Shown here piece after piece: positions 51,743-61,148 of a DNA stretch of 64,000 nt. Source of the stretch: an uncultured candidate division Zixibacteria bacterium (lineage in GTDB: Bacteria; Zixibacteria; MSB-5A5; UBA10806). The DNA is taken from positions 1,280,001 to 1,344,000 of the forward strand of contig CAWDFP010000006.1 of NCBI GenBank assembly GCA_963801605.1. The letters are read 5' to 3'. The first letter of the stretch is position 1; every line of letters starts with the position of its first letter. The translations under genes and the position numbers were made by a program. Under the pieces are notes generated by a model that was not told the DNA's origin, did no database searches, and was given only the letters and a program-made list of their open reading frames with translations.

Positions 51743-53416
51743 TTATTTTATAACCATCATTTTTTTGGTTTCCGAAAAAGTGCCTGTCTCAATTCGATAG
51801 AAGTAGGTGCCTGATGGCTGATTGCCGGAGTTCCAGGTAATTTTGTGATAGCCCGCTTCCTGGTAGTTATCAACCAATACCTCTATGCGCCTGCCGGTAA
51901 TGTCATAAACTTCAATGCTAACGTGAGATTGCTCCGGAAGGCCATACGCAATAGTCGTTGTCCCATTAAAAGGATTTGGATAAGATTGTCCAAGAACATA
52001 ATCGGATGGCACAGTCTCGTACTCTTCATCCGTCTCATCTTCAAATTTCGACATAAAAACATTTCCCGCGCGGATTCTAAAATTGCGATTTGATCTGGCG
52101 TTGGCCATATTCCCGAAAGTATCGCGCACTGAAACCCTAACACGGCAAGTTCTCGACGATACATTTGGGACTATCCAATTATATCTATGAGGATCCCCCG
52201 ATGTCCAATCCGCGATCATCGTCCAAATAGTCCCTGCATCGATGCTGTATTCCAGTTTATAGGCCGCTACCCCAACGTTATCATTATCGGTCCATGTGAT
52301 GCTATAGGTATTAAATCCTCTTAAATTTTGGCCACCGTTGGGATTGATTAAGGTTAACGTAGGGATAGTATTATCCCTGATGGTGAAATTAGCATTTGAA
52401 AGATCGCTGCCGATAGCCCCAAAGGCGTCTCTGCATGAAATTCTTATCTTCGCGCTTATTGTGGGATTGGGGGGTACGGTCCAGGCAAAAGTATGAGGAT
52501 CCCCTGTTGTCCAATCGCGAATTATGAGCCAGGTGGCGCCTGAATCAGCCGAATATTCCAGTTTGTGAGAGGCAATCCCGCCGACTACATCGCTATCGGT
52601 CCAGATAATATTATGCGCAGAACCAATATCCCAAATTTCGCTTCCGTTAGGCGCGCCAACTGTAACCAGAGGATTATCGTTTTGCGAACTGGGAACAACA
52701 AAGGAATCCGGTCTGGACCACAGGCTTGAATCGCTTAGATCCCTGGCCATCACCCGACAATGCCAATAGTATTTTACGGCGCGATTTAAGCCCGTGTATG
52801 TTACCATTGCCAGTGAATCTATCAGGCTGTCTGCTGATATTGATGGGTTTGAAAAATTAGATGAGAAATCTAATGCGAATTGGTATTTGATTGGTAACGG
52901 TGCCCCCACCGTATCTGCCTTAAGCGTGGCCGACGCCTGCACTGAATCCATAACGGCCGGCCTTGGATTCGGAGTCATTAGTCCCCCCGCAAATTTCCTG
53001 ATTACATTTGATATTACCGAGACATTACCGGCCCGGTCATAAGTCTTAATGGCGAGATAGTAAGGCGCCCCGCGATTAAGCCCGGAGAATGTAAAGCTCT
53101 GAATTGAGCCCGCAGGAAGAGGAAGCGGTGGATTGGGGATACTTGGAGCCAATCCCCAATTTAATTCCGTAATAATAGTACTTGAGCATTTGATGATATA
53201 ATGATCGGCGGTCCCGTTATTCCCATCATCGCCTGGCGCGGTCCAATGAATAGTCATTTCTCCGGGGACAGTCTCGATTGACGCCGGCGAAAGAGTTATA
53301 TCATCTTTAAAAGCGGGTTGTAGATGTACGGATTGTACAGCATATAATGTTGAGAATTGCAGCCCCCATAATACAATAAAAACCATAAATATGGTTTTTC
53401 GCCTCGATAACGTCAT
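51743..53416 (-). CDS. Secreted FN3/Ig-repeat protein with PNPFN-type C-terminal sorting domain
   Basis: 'WTAPGDDG', repeated 'PNG.E/Q..I.WTD..LEYS.D.G..W', 'YPNPFN.TT.I.Y..SGTYFYRI..KKM'. Confidence 0.8.
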   Translation of the reverse strand: MTLSRRKTIFMVFIVLWGLQFSTLYAVQSVHLQPAFKDDITLSPASIETVPGEMTIHWTAPGDDGNNGTADHYIIKCSSTIITELNWGLAPSIPNPPLPLPAGSIQSFTFSGLNRGAPYYLAIKTYDRAGNVSVISNVIRKFAGGLMTPNPRPAVMDSVQASATLKADTVGAPLPIKYQFALDFSSNFSNPSISADSLIDSLAMVTYTGLNRAVKYYWHCRVMARDLSDSSLWSRPDSFVVPSSQNDNPLVTVGAPNGSEIWDIGSAHNIIWTDSDVVGGIASHKLEYSADSGATWLIIRDWTTGDPHTFAWTVPPNPTISAKIRISCRDAFGAIGSDLSNANFTIRDNTIPTLTLINPNGGQNLRGFNTYSITWTDNDNVGVAAYKLEYSIDAGTIWTMIADWTSGDPHRYNWIVPNVSSRTCRVRVSVRDTFGNMANARSNRNFRIRAGNVFMSKFEDETDEEYETVPSDYVLGQSYPNPFNGTTTIAYGLPEQSHVSIEVYDITGRRIEVLVDNYQEAGYHKITWNSGNQPSGTYFYRIETGTFSETKKMMVIK

Positions 53417-54336
53417 TCATCCTCCTTGAACTAAACTTGTTGACGTCTTTACAGCCCGCTTTTCACCGTCAAACGGACTTTTTTATTTTGGCGATTATTT
53501 TATTAATTAGATCGTAGATATTTCTCTGGGAAATCGATGCGATCTAATTCAATTTAGTTTATTTCGTCGAAGTTGAATCCCTCATTCAACAATTGACGAA
53601 TTTGCTCAATAGGCTTCCTCCATATTCATCCATTTCGTAATTATCGAGCTCACAATCAAAATTAATGCCATGAATTTAGCTACGGCACAATAAACGACCG
53701 CCTTGTATCTGCATTGAACTCCTTATATTTAAGGACTTCAATACACCTTGGCTTTGGGCCAGCCCGCCTTTTGTCTTAAATTATTATTGTTACGAACTAG
53801 AGGATACTCAACACGAACTATTTGTACTATTTAAGAAGTCGCAGAAGAACCCTTAAAGCATCCCACCAATTACAACTTAACCGGCTCAGTCATATATCTC
53901 ACGGCCGGTCGCACGCCCCTTCTGAGAGCCTGCCTAACGCATATAGTGCATTAATCATCAGCTCGTCAAGAGTTATTTGTAACATTCCTAAAATATTGTT
54001 ACTAACACTTGTGTTACATAATTATCTATACTTATTTGGGATACACGGGATATTTTGAAGATTATTTTTATGCCGTAATCCTCTTAAAAAATTAAAAAAC
54101 TATTATATTTCCCGTTATAAAATGATTTGATCAGAATTTTCAATCGAAAGTCTTCGAACTTGGGCAATAAGTGTATCTAAAACCTTAGATCGATATTCAA
54201 ATATATAGGTGTCGACCGATTTATATGATTTTAGCCCTATTAAATTGAATGAAGATGCATCCGCCCTGAGTGAATAATCCAAGGTAGACTTCTAATTACA
54301 CACTCCTCTCTATAAACAGATATATCTAAAATTTTC

Positions 54337-54385
54337 TCCACGCTCTTAAATGTCCTCAAAACGCGTTCAAAGTGCATTTTGATTT
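54337..54385 (+). promoter_or_regulatory. Shared upstream motif, copy 2 (portal-terminase operon)
   Basis: TCCACGCTCTTA-N9-AAAACGCGTTCAAAGTGCATTTTGATTT. Confidence 0.8.
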
Positions 54386-54429
54386 CCCAAGCCTATAAAA
54401 GTGAAGAGATGATGAAAGGAGAATCGTTA

Positions 54430-55710
54430 ATGTTTGGATTTAAGAAAATACCTAAGGTACCACAGGGTAATCTAGCTGCCAATGCCCGAATGATCAAAGC
54501 GCATCAAGCGCGTGAAAAGGCGGGATCGCCGTTAAAATCCGGATCTGCAACCATTTCTTTTCCCGCAGAATATGGTTTTGCGGAAAGGGTAACGCTTTAT
54601 CGATTTCTAAGAGAGAATATCCCAATTATAAGCGGCGCCATCTGGATTTGGTCCCGCCTCTGTGCCAGTCCAATGGAATTCCAGTTAAGCGGAGGCCCCA
54701 GCAAGCATAATATCGCTTTGCTCAAATCGCATTTAGACAAACTTAATACTCTGCTTTCGCCCAACGCTTACTATAAATCCGGCGGCCTGGACAGGCTTTG
54801 CGATCTCTTTTTCAGTTCCCTTTTTATCGATGGCGCCTTTGCTGGAAATATCGAGATCGATCAATCCGGAAAATTGGCCGGTTTTACTCCCTGCGATATT
54901 AGAAATTTATCTTTCGAATCTGATAATGGTCAAAACGGTTATCCCGGATGGAAAATATATCGCCAAATCGAGGGCAATCGGGAGCTTCTCGATCCCGCTA
55001 CTTTCATCTACATCCCTCTTGATGATGATGCTTGCGATCCTCGTGGCAAAAGCATATTGCAGTCGGTCGGTTTTGTCAGCCGGTTGGAACAAAAACTTCT
55101 CGACGATATGCAAAAATCGCAGGAAAAAGCCGGGTATAACAGGTTACATGTTCTTATTAAAAAACCCGAAAGGCGTTTAGGCGAAACCGAGCAAAATTAT
55201 ATCGATCGCGCTAACGGCTATTTCGATGATACCGTCACGCTTTTTTCCGGAATCAAACCATCAGATTCGGCAGTCACCTGGGATGATATCGAAATTAAGA
55301 CAATCGGGCCATCGTCGGGCGCGGGAAGCGCCAGCAACTCCTGGTATCTCTCGCATCGGGCGCTGGTCGAGGATATCTGCGCCGGTGTGCATCTCGATCC
55401 ATTCATGTTAGGCTATTCTTACTCATCGACCCAAACCTGGGCCAGGTTCAAATTCGAGCTTGTTCTACGTGAGATTATATCAGTCCAGAAGCAGGCGGCC
55501 AAATTTTTCGAATGGCTGGTCAACACTCATCTGGCCCTTGAGGGTTCAAGTTCGGCAGTATCTGTCAAATTCGATAACGATCGGGTTAATAGTGTTCTTG
55601 AAAAATACCGTGCCGAGCGTGAAGCCAGCGATCGGGTTATCGAGTTATTCAAGGCTGGCCTTCTTACCAGGGAAGAGGCTCGCGAAAAAATCAATGAAAG
55701 GATCGATTGA
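54430..55710 (+). CDS. Phage portal protein
   Basis: About 426 aa; 'LYRFLRENIPIISGAI', 'SLFIDGAF..I', 'DPRGKSIL', 'EDICAGV.L.PFMLG', 'WLVNTHL...V.FD', 'GLLTREEARE'; upstream of terminase. Confidence 0.75.
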   Translation: MFGFKKIPKVPQGNLAANARMIKAHQAREKAGSPLKSGSATISFPAEYGFAERVTLYRFLRENIPIISGAIWIWSRLCASPMEFQLSGGPSKHNIALLKSHLDKLNTLLSPNAYYKSGGLDRLCDLFFSSLFIDGAFAGNIEIDQSGKLAGFTPCDIRNLSFESDNGQNGYPGWKIYRQIEGNRELLDPATFIYIPLDDDACDPRGKSILQSVGFVSRLEQKLLDDMQKSQEKAGYNRLHVLIKKPERRLGETEQNYIDRANGYFDDTVTLFSGIKPSDSAVTWDDIEIKTIGPSSGAGSASNSWYLSHRALVEDICAGVHLDPFMLGYSYSSTQTWARFKFELVLREIISVQKQAAKFFEWLVNTHLALEGSSSAVSVKFDNDRVNSVLEKYRAEREASDRVIELFKAGLLTREEAREKINERID

Positions 55711-56048
55711 CCATGCAGCCATCCTCATGCGCCATCTGCGATTCGCCATTGCGCTCCGAAATCGAAAAACTTGATTCCCAATGGAACGACATTCATACTG
55801 TTCAGTGGGCCCGTAAACAAGGACTAAATATCAGTCGTTTTTCGCTTGTAAAACATCGAACCAACCATTTGCAATCAGCGGCCCCCGGAAATAATGGCAA
55901 CGGCGGGAAAACACTTGATAATAAACCCGCAGAGATTGTCGTGCTTAAACCGTTAAAGTCTGCTATTAAGGAAATGGTACAACCATCGGAAAATAATATT
56001 CCGAAAACAAAACGTAAAAATAATGGCCAACGGCATTCCCGAAAATAG
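55707..56048 (+). CDS. Zn-binding HTH-like protein (CxxC...HxxxH), possible packaging/DNA-binding subunit
   Basis: 'CAICDSPLRSEIE...ISRFSLVKHRTNH'; overlaps the portal stop. Confidence 0.55.
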   Translation: MTMQPSSCAICDSPLRSEIEKLDSQWNDIHTVQWARKQGLNISRFSLVKHRTNHLQSAAPGNNGNGGKTLDNKPAEIVVLKPLKSAIKEMVQPSENNIPKTKRKNNGQRHSRK

Positions 56049-56364
56049 ATCGGTAAAGCCCGTTGATACAATATCCTCTGTGGAAAACTCCCAACCCGAA
56101 GCAAATTCGAACACAACTAAATCGGAACCGTTGATAGAAAAAGCAGTCCCCGCGAAATCGCATACTACTATTACCGATCAATTGCTTCTCGACACAGTGC
56201 GAGATCAGGTTTACCAAAAACTCGTTAGTGGCGAAATCAATCTCGGATTGAGTGATGGTTTCAAGGCAATCGAGATCAAGCACAAGATTGCCGAGGGATC
56301 GCAAAATGAGAAGCTGCTTCTGGAGATCTTAAGCGAGATCCGTTCTCAGGAGCTGGCAACCTGA
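56023..56364 (+). CDS. Putative terminase small subunit (helical)
   Basis: Position before the large terminase; helical 'LSDGFKAIEIK.KI'. May be one gene with 55707 if a frameshift is present. Confidence 0.45.
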   Translation: MANGIPENRSVKPVDTISSVENSQPEANSNTTKSEPLIEKAVPAKSHTTITDQLLLDTVRDQVYQKLVSGEINLGLSDGFKAIEIKHKIAEGSQNEKLLLEILSEIRSQELAT

Positions 56365-56366
56365 TA

Positions 56367-56504
56367 GCCATTGCGAGGTCTCCGGTCTAAGAGACTGAAG
56401 ACAGTGGCAATCGCCTGGCACAACGCTGTATTGCGAATAAGCGCATTATATCCCGGCCAGGCGATTGCCACTCCCCAACATTTCATGTCGGGGCTCGCAA
56501 TGGC
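56367..56504. repeat. 138-bp fold-back REP/MITE-like element
   Basis: Terminal IR GCCATTGCGAG/CTCGCAATGGC and perfect inner 17-bp IR 56403-56419/56456-56472. Confidence 0.8.
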
Positions 56505-56530
56505 CGCGGGCAGCCCGTTGGCATACCCTG

Positions 56531-57937
56531 ATGACAAATACGAGTACAAAACATCGTAACTGGCGACGAGCGATAAAGGACCCGGTCTACTTTGCGCGCG
56601 CTTTTTTGGGATTGGAGCCTCATCCGGGCCAGGCGCGCTGGCTTTGCGCAAGCACTGGCAGCGAAAACGCGCTCGTTACCGGAAATCGTTGGGGCAAATC
56701 GGAGATTCAGGCCGTTAAGCTGTTACATCGAGCGCTCTTTCAAATCCGGCCTACGGAGTGTGATGTCAAAGACTGTTATCGCTGCGTCAATGTGTCGATT
56801 ACTCAGGATCAGGCCGGGATTATTTTCGGCAAGGCCACGTCACTTATCAGCCGGTCGCGCCCGCTCCAGGCAATGGTGAAAGAGATTAAACAAACACCAT
56901 TTCCGCATATTGAACTGAAGAATGGTTCCGAGATATGGGCGCGTTCCTCGCATAACAGGGGTGAATATCTGCTTGGCCATGACTTCGATTATATCAATTT
57001 CGATGAGGCTGCCTATGAACCGTTCGGGGAATGGGTTGTTGATGGTGTTATCAAGATGCGCTTGGCGGATCGCCAGGGGACTCTCGATTTCTCATCGACT
57101 CCAAATGGGCTCAACTGGTTTTACAGGCGCTGCCAGAAGATTGAAAAGGATAAGCGCGGCCATATTCAGCACGGTTCGACATTTGAAAATCCACACCTGT
57201 CTCAGAAATATTTAGCCGATCTTAGGGAATCGCTATCGGAATCCCGGGCCGCTCAGCATCTTTATGGCAAGTTCACTTCGTTTGAGGGACGATTATTTCC
57301 TGAGGAGATTATACAGCGCTGTCTGATAACAAATGCCGGGTGGCATGCTTGTCCCGATCTTAATCGGGATAAGCATGGTAGATCGGGTTCCGAGTCCCGA
57401 ACTTATCAGGACGAGAAACCCGAAAGCCCGTCCAGTGGATTCTTCATTCATGGTTGGGATCTGGCGCGCAAGGTTACATATACTGTTGGAATATCACTTG
57501 ATACTACAAAGCGTCCATTCCGAGTTGTAAACATCGTCCGTATGCAGCGCGAATGGCCGGTGACTATTAAATCTATCAAGGATATTCATGCCAGGTATGG
57601 CGGCATTACGATTATCGATTCCACCGGCTTAGGGGATGTGGTTCTCTCGGAACTTGGGGATATCGGGGCAATTGGTTTTAATTTCGGAGGCGGCAATCGC
57701 GATCTGCTTTTGGCCAACTTTGAACGGGCCATTTACGCCGGTGAGGTGCTCTGGCCCGATATTGAAATTCCCGATGATAACGGTGGTACCTGGAGCTTAA
57801 CCGACGAGATTCGGGCGATGGATAAATCATATGAGAATGTTGGTGATGGCGTTTGCGCGCTGGCCTTGGCGCTCTGGCAGGTCAGACAGCGATCATCCGA
57901 CCTGCCGTTTCTGAAATCAGCCGTTGGAAGTTTTTAA
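56531..57937 (+). CDS. Terminase large subunit
   Basis: 'PHPGQ', Walker A 'GNRWGKS', Walker B 'INFDEA', coupling 'SSTP', nuclease 'GWDLA', 'IDSTGLGD', 'DGVCALALA'. Confidence 0.88.
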   Translation: MTNTSTKHRNWRRAIKDPVYFARAFLGLEPHPGQARWLCASTGSENALVTGNRWGKSEIQAVKLLHRALFQIRPTECDVKDCYRCVNVSITQDQAGIIFGKATSLISRSRPLQAMVKEIKQTPFPHIELKNGSEIWARSSHNRGEYLLGHDFDYINFDEAAYEPFGEWVVDGVIKMRLADRQGTLDFSSTPNGLNWFYRRCQKIEKDKRGHIQHGSTFENPHLSQKYLADLRESLSESRAAQHLYGKFTSFEGRLFPEEIIQRCLITNAGWHACPDLNRDKHGRSGSESRTYQDEKPESPSSGFFIHGWDLARKVTYTVGISLDTTKRPFRVVNIVRMQREWPVTIKSIKDIHARYGGITIIDSTGLGDVVLSELGDIGAIGFNFGGGNRDLLLANFERAIYAGEVLWPDIEIPDDNGGTWSLTDEIRAMDKSYENVGDGVCALALALWQVRQRSSDLPFLKSAVGSF

Positions 57938-57991
57938 TATTGCTGAGGATTTGCTGTATTCACTCTTACCCCAATCCTCATTATTCAGTCC

Positions 57992-59272
57992 TTACAACCC
58001 CGGCGGGCACTCGGGACAATAGAGTAAACTCGGCGCCCAACCCTTCAGGACAATCACGAAATACATGATATCAAGCCCGTTAAATACGCAATCGCCGTTA
58101 ACATCTCCGCCTGCGTAAAAAGGATCAGGCTGATTCGGACAATAGGGATGACAGTCTATCGCCGGGCGCGGCCCGCCCTTGAAATAGCCAACCATGTAGG
58201 TCACATCGAGACCGTTGAAATTTCCGCTGCCATTTACGTCGCCGGGAGTATAAGGGCAAAGTATTAATGAATCCTGCAATTGGAAATCAACCAGGGTCGT
58301 TTGGTCTGAATACACTTGAATGTTGTATTGAGTTTGAGGGAAAAATCCCGCTTTATAGGCCGTGACATCATATAGCACGGTCTGCATATCGAGTAGTGTG
58401 TAAAAGCCTTCAGGCGACGTGGTGTCGGTATAAATAAAACCACCTTCTATGGGATTAGCCACAACTACCGCACCCTCGATTGGCGTCTCACCATCTGTTT
58501 CTCTAACATTTCCGGAGATTATCCCGATAGGCGGGGGAGGGATGCGCACTAAAACGAAATCGACTATCGGATGATCGCATTCTGTTACAAAGACCGGCGA
58601 TGATATCTGAGTTATATAACCATCTTTGGATGCTTCCACTGAGTAGAGGCTTTGTTCGAGAGACATGGCTCCGTAGTAACCTTCAGCGTTCGTCGTATCT
58701 TCCCAAACTGGAGAGCCGTCCTGAAGAATCCTCACGGTTGCCCCGCTTAACGGCCCTTGCCCGGCTTCGAATACATGCCCCGAGATAGATTCGGCCTGCG
58801 GTGGAGAAAGAGTGAGATCGAAAGTATAATGCCCGGAGTAATTGTTGTACCCATCAATTACGAAATAATAGGTATGGCCCGGTTCCAGCGGCAGGCAACT
58901 TATACCCGAAATGAACTCAGAATACTGATTGGAGCAGAAATCATCGTTGCACGCGATAATATTATCGGGGCTATCTTCAAAAATATATAGCCTGGTATCA
59001 AAATTGGTCCCGGCGCAGAGGAATACCATGACGATTGTAAAATCGGTTGGAGTAAAGCTGTAAACTACGTCCGGTGCGCCGGTATCGGTACCGCAGTTGC
59101 CGGTGTAGTCGTTGGTGTAACCTGTTGTTGTGCCCGTATCGCTGAAGGGAAGAGAATTGATGACAAAGGCAGTATTGATATTGTCGCCGCCCTGTAGAGT
59201 TGTTTGCGCTAATGCCATAACGCTCCAACTGCAAACCAATGATATGGCAATAAACATTTTTGAGGAATGCAT
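57992..59272 (-). CDS. Secreted protein with carboxypeptidase-regulatory-like repeats and dockerin-like domain
   Basis: Signal peptide, 'APDVVYSF..FDT.LY..CNDD.C', 'GDVNGSGNFNGLDVTY'. Confidence 0.78.
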   Translation of the reverse strand: MHSSKMFIAISLVCSWSVMALAQTTLQGGDNINTAFVINSLPFSDTGTTTGYTNDYTGNCGTDTGAPDVVYSFTPTDFTIVMVFLCAGTNFDTRLYIFEDSPDNIIACNDDFCSNQYSEFISGISCLPLEPGHTYYFVIDGYNNYSGHYTFDLTLSPPQAESISGHVFEAGQGPLSGATVRILQDGSPVWEDTTNAEGYYGAMSLEQSLYSVEASKDGYITQISSPVFVTECDHPIVDFVLVRIPPPPIGIISGNVRETDGETPIEGAVVVANPIEGGFIYTDTTSPEGFYTLLDMQTVLYDVTAYKAGFFPQTQYNIQVYSDQTTLVDFQLQDSLILCPYTPGDVNGSGNFNGLDVTYMVGYFKGGPRPAIDCHPYCPNQPDPFYAGGDVNGDCVFNGLDIMYFVIVLKGWAPSLLYCPECPPGL

Positions 59273-59304
59273 GTTACACCTCCTCGTTTAAAATAATCAT
59301 GAGT

Positions 59305-60582
59305 TTATGGCGGACAATTGGGACATGGATGGCATGTCGGGCCGCCCTTGAAAAAACTTACCATGTATGTAATATCTAAGCCGTTAAAAGAGCACGAACC
59401 ATTGACATCACCGGCGGCATACAAATATTGGCCGGGAAGAATTTCAGCTTGAAAGGGAGGGGGAGGCCCCGTTCCCTTGAAGTAATTCATACAGTATATC
59501 ACATCGAGGCCGTCGAAGACGCCATTGTCATTTACATCGCCCAACAGATAGTAATAATAATAAGGAAAAGCCCAGGTATCATTGAATATGGTTAGACTGT
59601 CTCTGCCCCCAACGAGAAATGCTGTTGCATAGGCGTCAGTGCAATACGCCATGGCCGCTTTGGACCGAGCTCGAGGCGGGTTAAACACGAATAATTCCTG
59701 CCATTCGTTTTCAGCATCTGGGCTATCGAATTGCCAGGTATCGCGAAACACAGTTTCAAGACTATTGGACGCCTGACCGCCAAAAAGATAGACATCCTCG
59801 TAATTATAGCCGATAGCATGGCCGATTCTGGCGTAAGGGGAATCTCCTGTTATTTGCAGTTGACTCCAGGCATCTCCATCCCATTGCCAGGTATCATTAT
59901 AAATAGTGCTGTCATAAGCTGCCTGACCGCCGAAAAGAACACAGGAACTCGCTGGATACCTTAGCCTGTATGCCATCTCCGACATGAACCTCGGAGGCGG
60001 GCCGATTGCGGTTCGCCGTTGCCAACCGTTTGCAAAATCCCATTCCCAGGTATCGCCGTAAACGCTGTCGTTTCCGATGCCGCCGAAGAGAATTACTTTT
60101 CGCTGATTAAGATCATAAGTGTATCCAAAATATGCTCTGGGTGATGGCCCCGTGGAGTCGATTTTAGTCCATGAGGTCCCATTCCAAATCCAGGTATCAT
60201 TCAAATATTGCCCCGCCTGATTGATGCCTCCGAATAGGATGGTACCGGAGTCAGGAAACGCATGCCACATTCCATGCCCTGCGCGTCCTTCGGGTCCGGT
60301 CGCATCGATACAAATCCAGGCGCCGGGATTCGATGCGGGGAGTTCCCAAACATCAGCGGGCATTTGGCCTGAAGAATCCTTGCCTCCAAATAACACTACT
60401 GTACTTCGTAACAGGTCGGTGGAGCATTTGTGATCATATCGGGCAGGAGCATTCGAATTTATTAGACGCCACCTGAGCGCTACAGGATTTGCCTGAATAT
60501 CAAAAGTAAAGGTGAATGAAAAAATTACCAATAGCGCCGAAGTAAATATCAATCTTGAAACCAATTTACCGGGTATTTTCAT
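59305..60582 (-). CDS. Secreted Kelch-repeat protein with dockerin-like domain
   Basis: Six 'LFGG...DTW.W..P..R' repeats; 'GDVNDNGVFDGLDV' and 'GDVNGSCSFNGLDITY'. Confidence 0.85.
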   Translation of the reverse strand: MKIPGKLVSRLIFTSALLVIFSFTFTFDIQANPVALRWRLINSNAPARYDHKCSTDLLRSTVVLFGGKDSSGQMPADVWELPASNPGAWICIDATGPEGRAGHGMWHAFPDSGTILFGGINQAGQYLNDTWIWNGTSWTKIDSTGPSPRAYFGYTYDLNQRKVILFGGIGNDSVYGDTWEWDFANGWQRRTAIGPPPRFMSEMAYRLRYPASSCVLFGGQAAYDSTIYNDTWQWDGDAWSQLQITGDSPYARIGHAIGYNYEDVYLFGGQASNSLETVFRDTWQFDSPDAENEWQELFVFNPPRARSKAAMAYCTDAYATAFLVGGRDSLTIFNDTWAFPYYYYYLLGDVNDNGVFDGLDVIYCMNYFKGTGPPPPFQAEILPGQYLYAAGDVNGSCSFNGLDITYMVSFFKGGPTCHPCPNCPP

Positions 60583-60699
60583 TACTCCTCCGTGTAAGGA
60601 GTTTTTAAACAGATACAAAGGATAACAAAAGATATTAAATCAGGAATTTAATAGATGTCAAGTAAATTATGGAGTTTATTTATTCTATTTCAAGCGACT

Positions 60700-60800
60700 A
60701 AATAATAAAGGCCGGTCTCAAGGAGGATGCTCAAAAACCGGCCTTTAAAACTTGGACAGAGGTGTACCTGTCCGATAAGTGTTGGCTTTTTCCATTTAAC
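60700..60800 (-). ncRNA. Candidate sRNA or leader with anti-SD loop, related to 39995-40033
   Basis: Minus strand: GGACAG..CTGTCC hairpin, then AAAGGCCGG-tttttgagcatCCTCCTTGAGA-CCGGCCTTT plus T-rich tail. Confidence 0.4.
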
Positions 60801-61148
60801 AGGGAATTAAACAGTGCCAATTCTTATCGCTGTAACAAACTGCAATAATTATGCCCGCTTTAGAGTCCCTGATAATATTTATAAGTTATTATTTATTAGT
60901 TGTTTATAATCTAATTCTTCATGGATTAAGTGGGTAAAAAATATTCGTATGCAATAAAATGCATATTAGTGTATGAAACGTGACCAATACATGAAGGATT
61001 TTTATATCGATTATGGTGTTAATTTGAGCCCTTTTTGATGTCTCTAACAAGGGTGAAGTCAATTGTTTCTATTGACTGGCGTGCTATGTCCAGATTATAT
61101 TTCCTTCGATGGTAATAATTGAAAAAATTTTTACCCTGAGGATTCAAG

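Noticed and set aside
31685..57937. One contiguous 26-kb intact prophage or capsid-forming satellite
   Set aside because: The interval is filled with cellular genes, the operons diverge, and no integrase, att repeats, primase or tail genes are visible.
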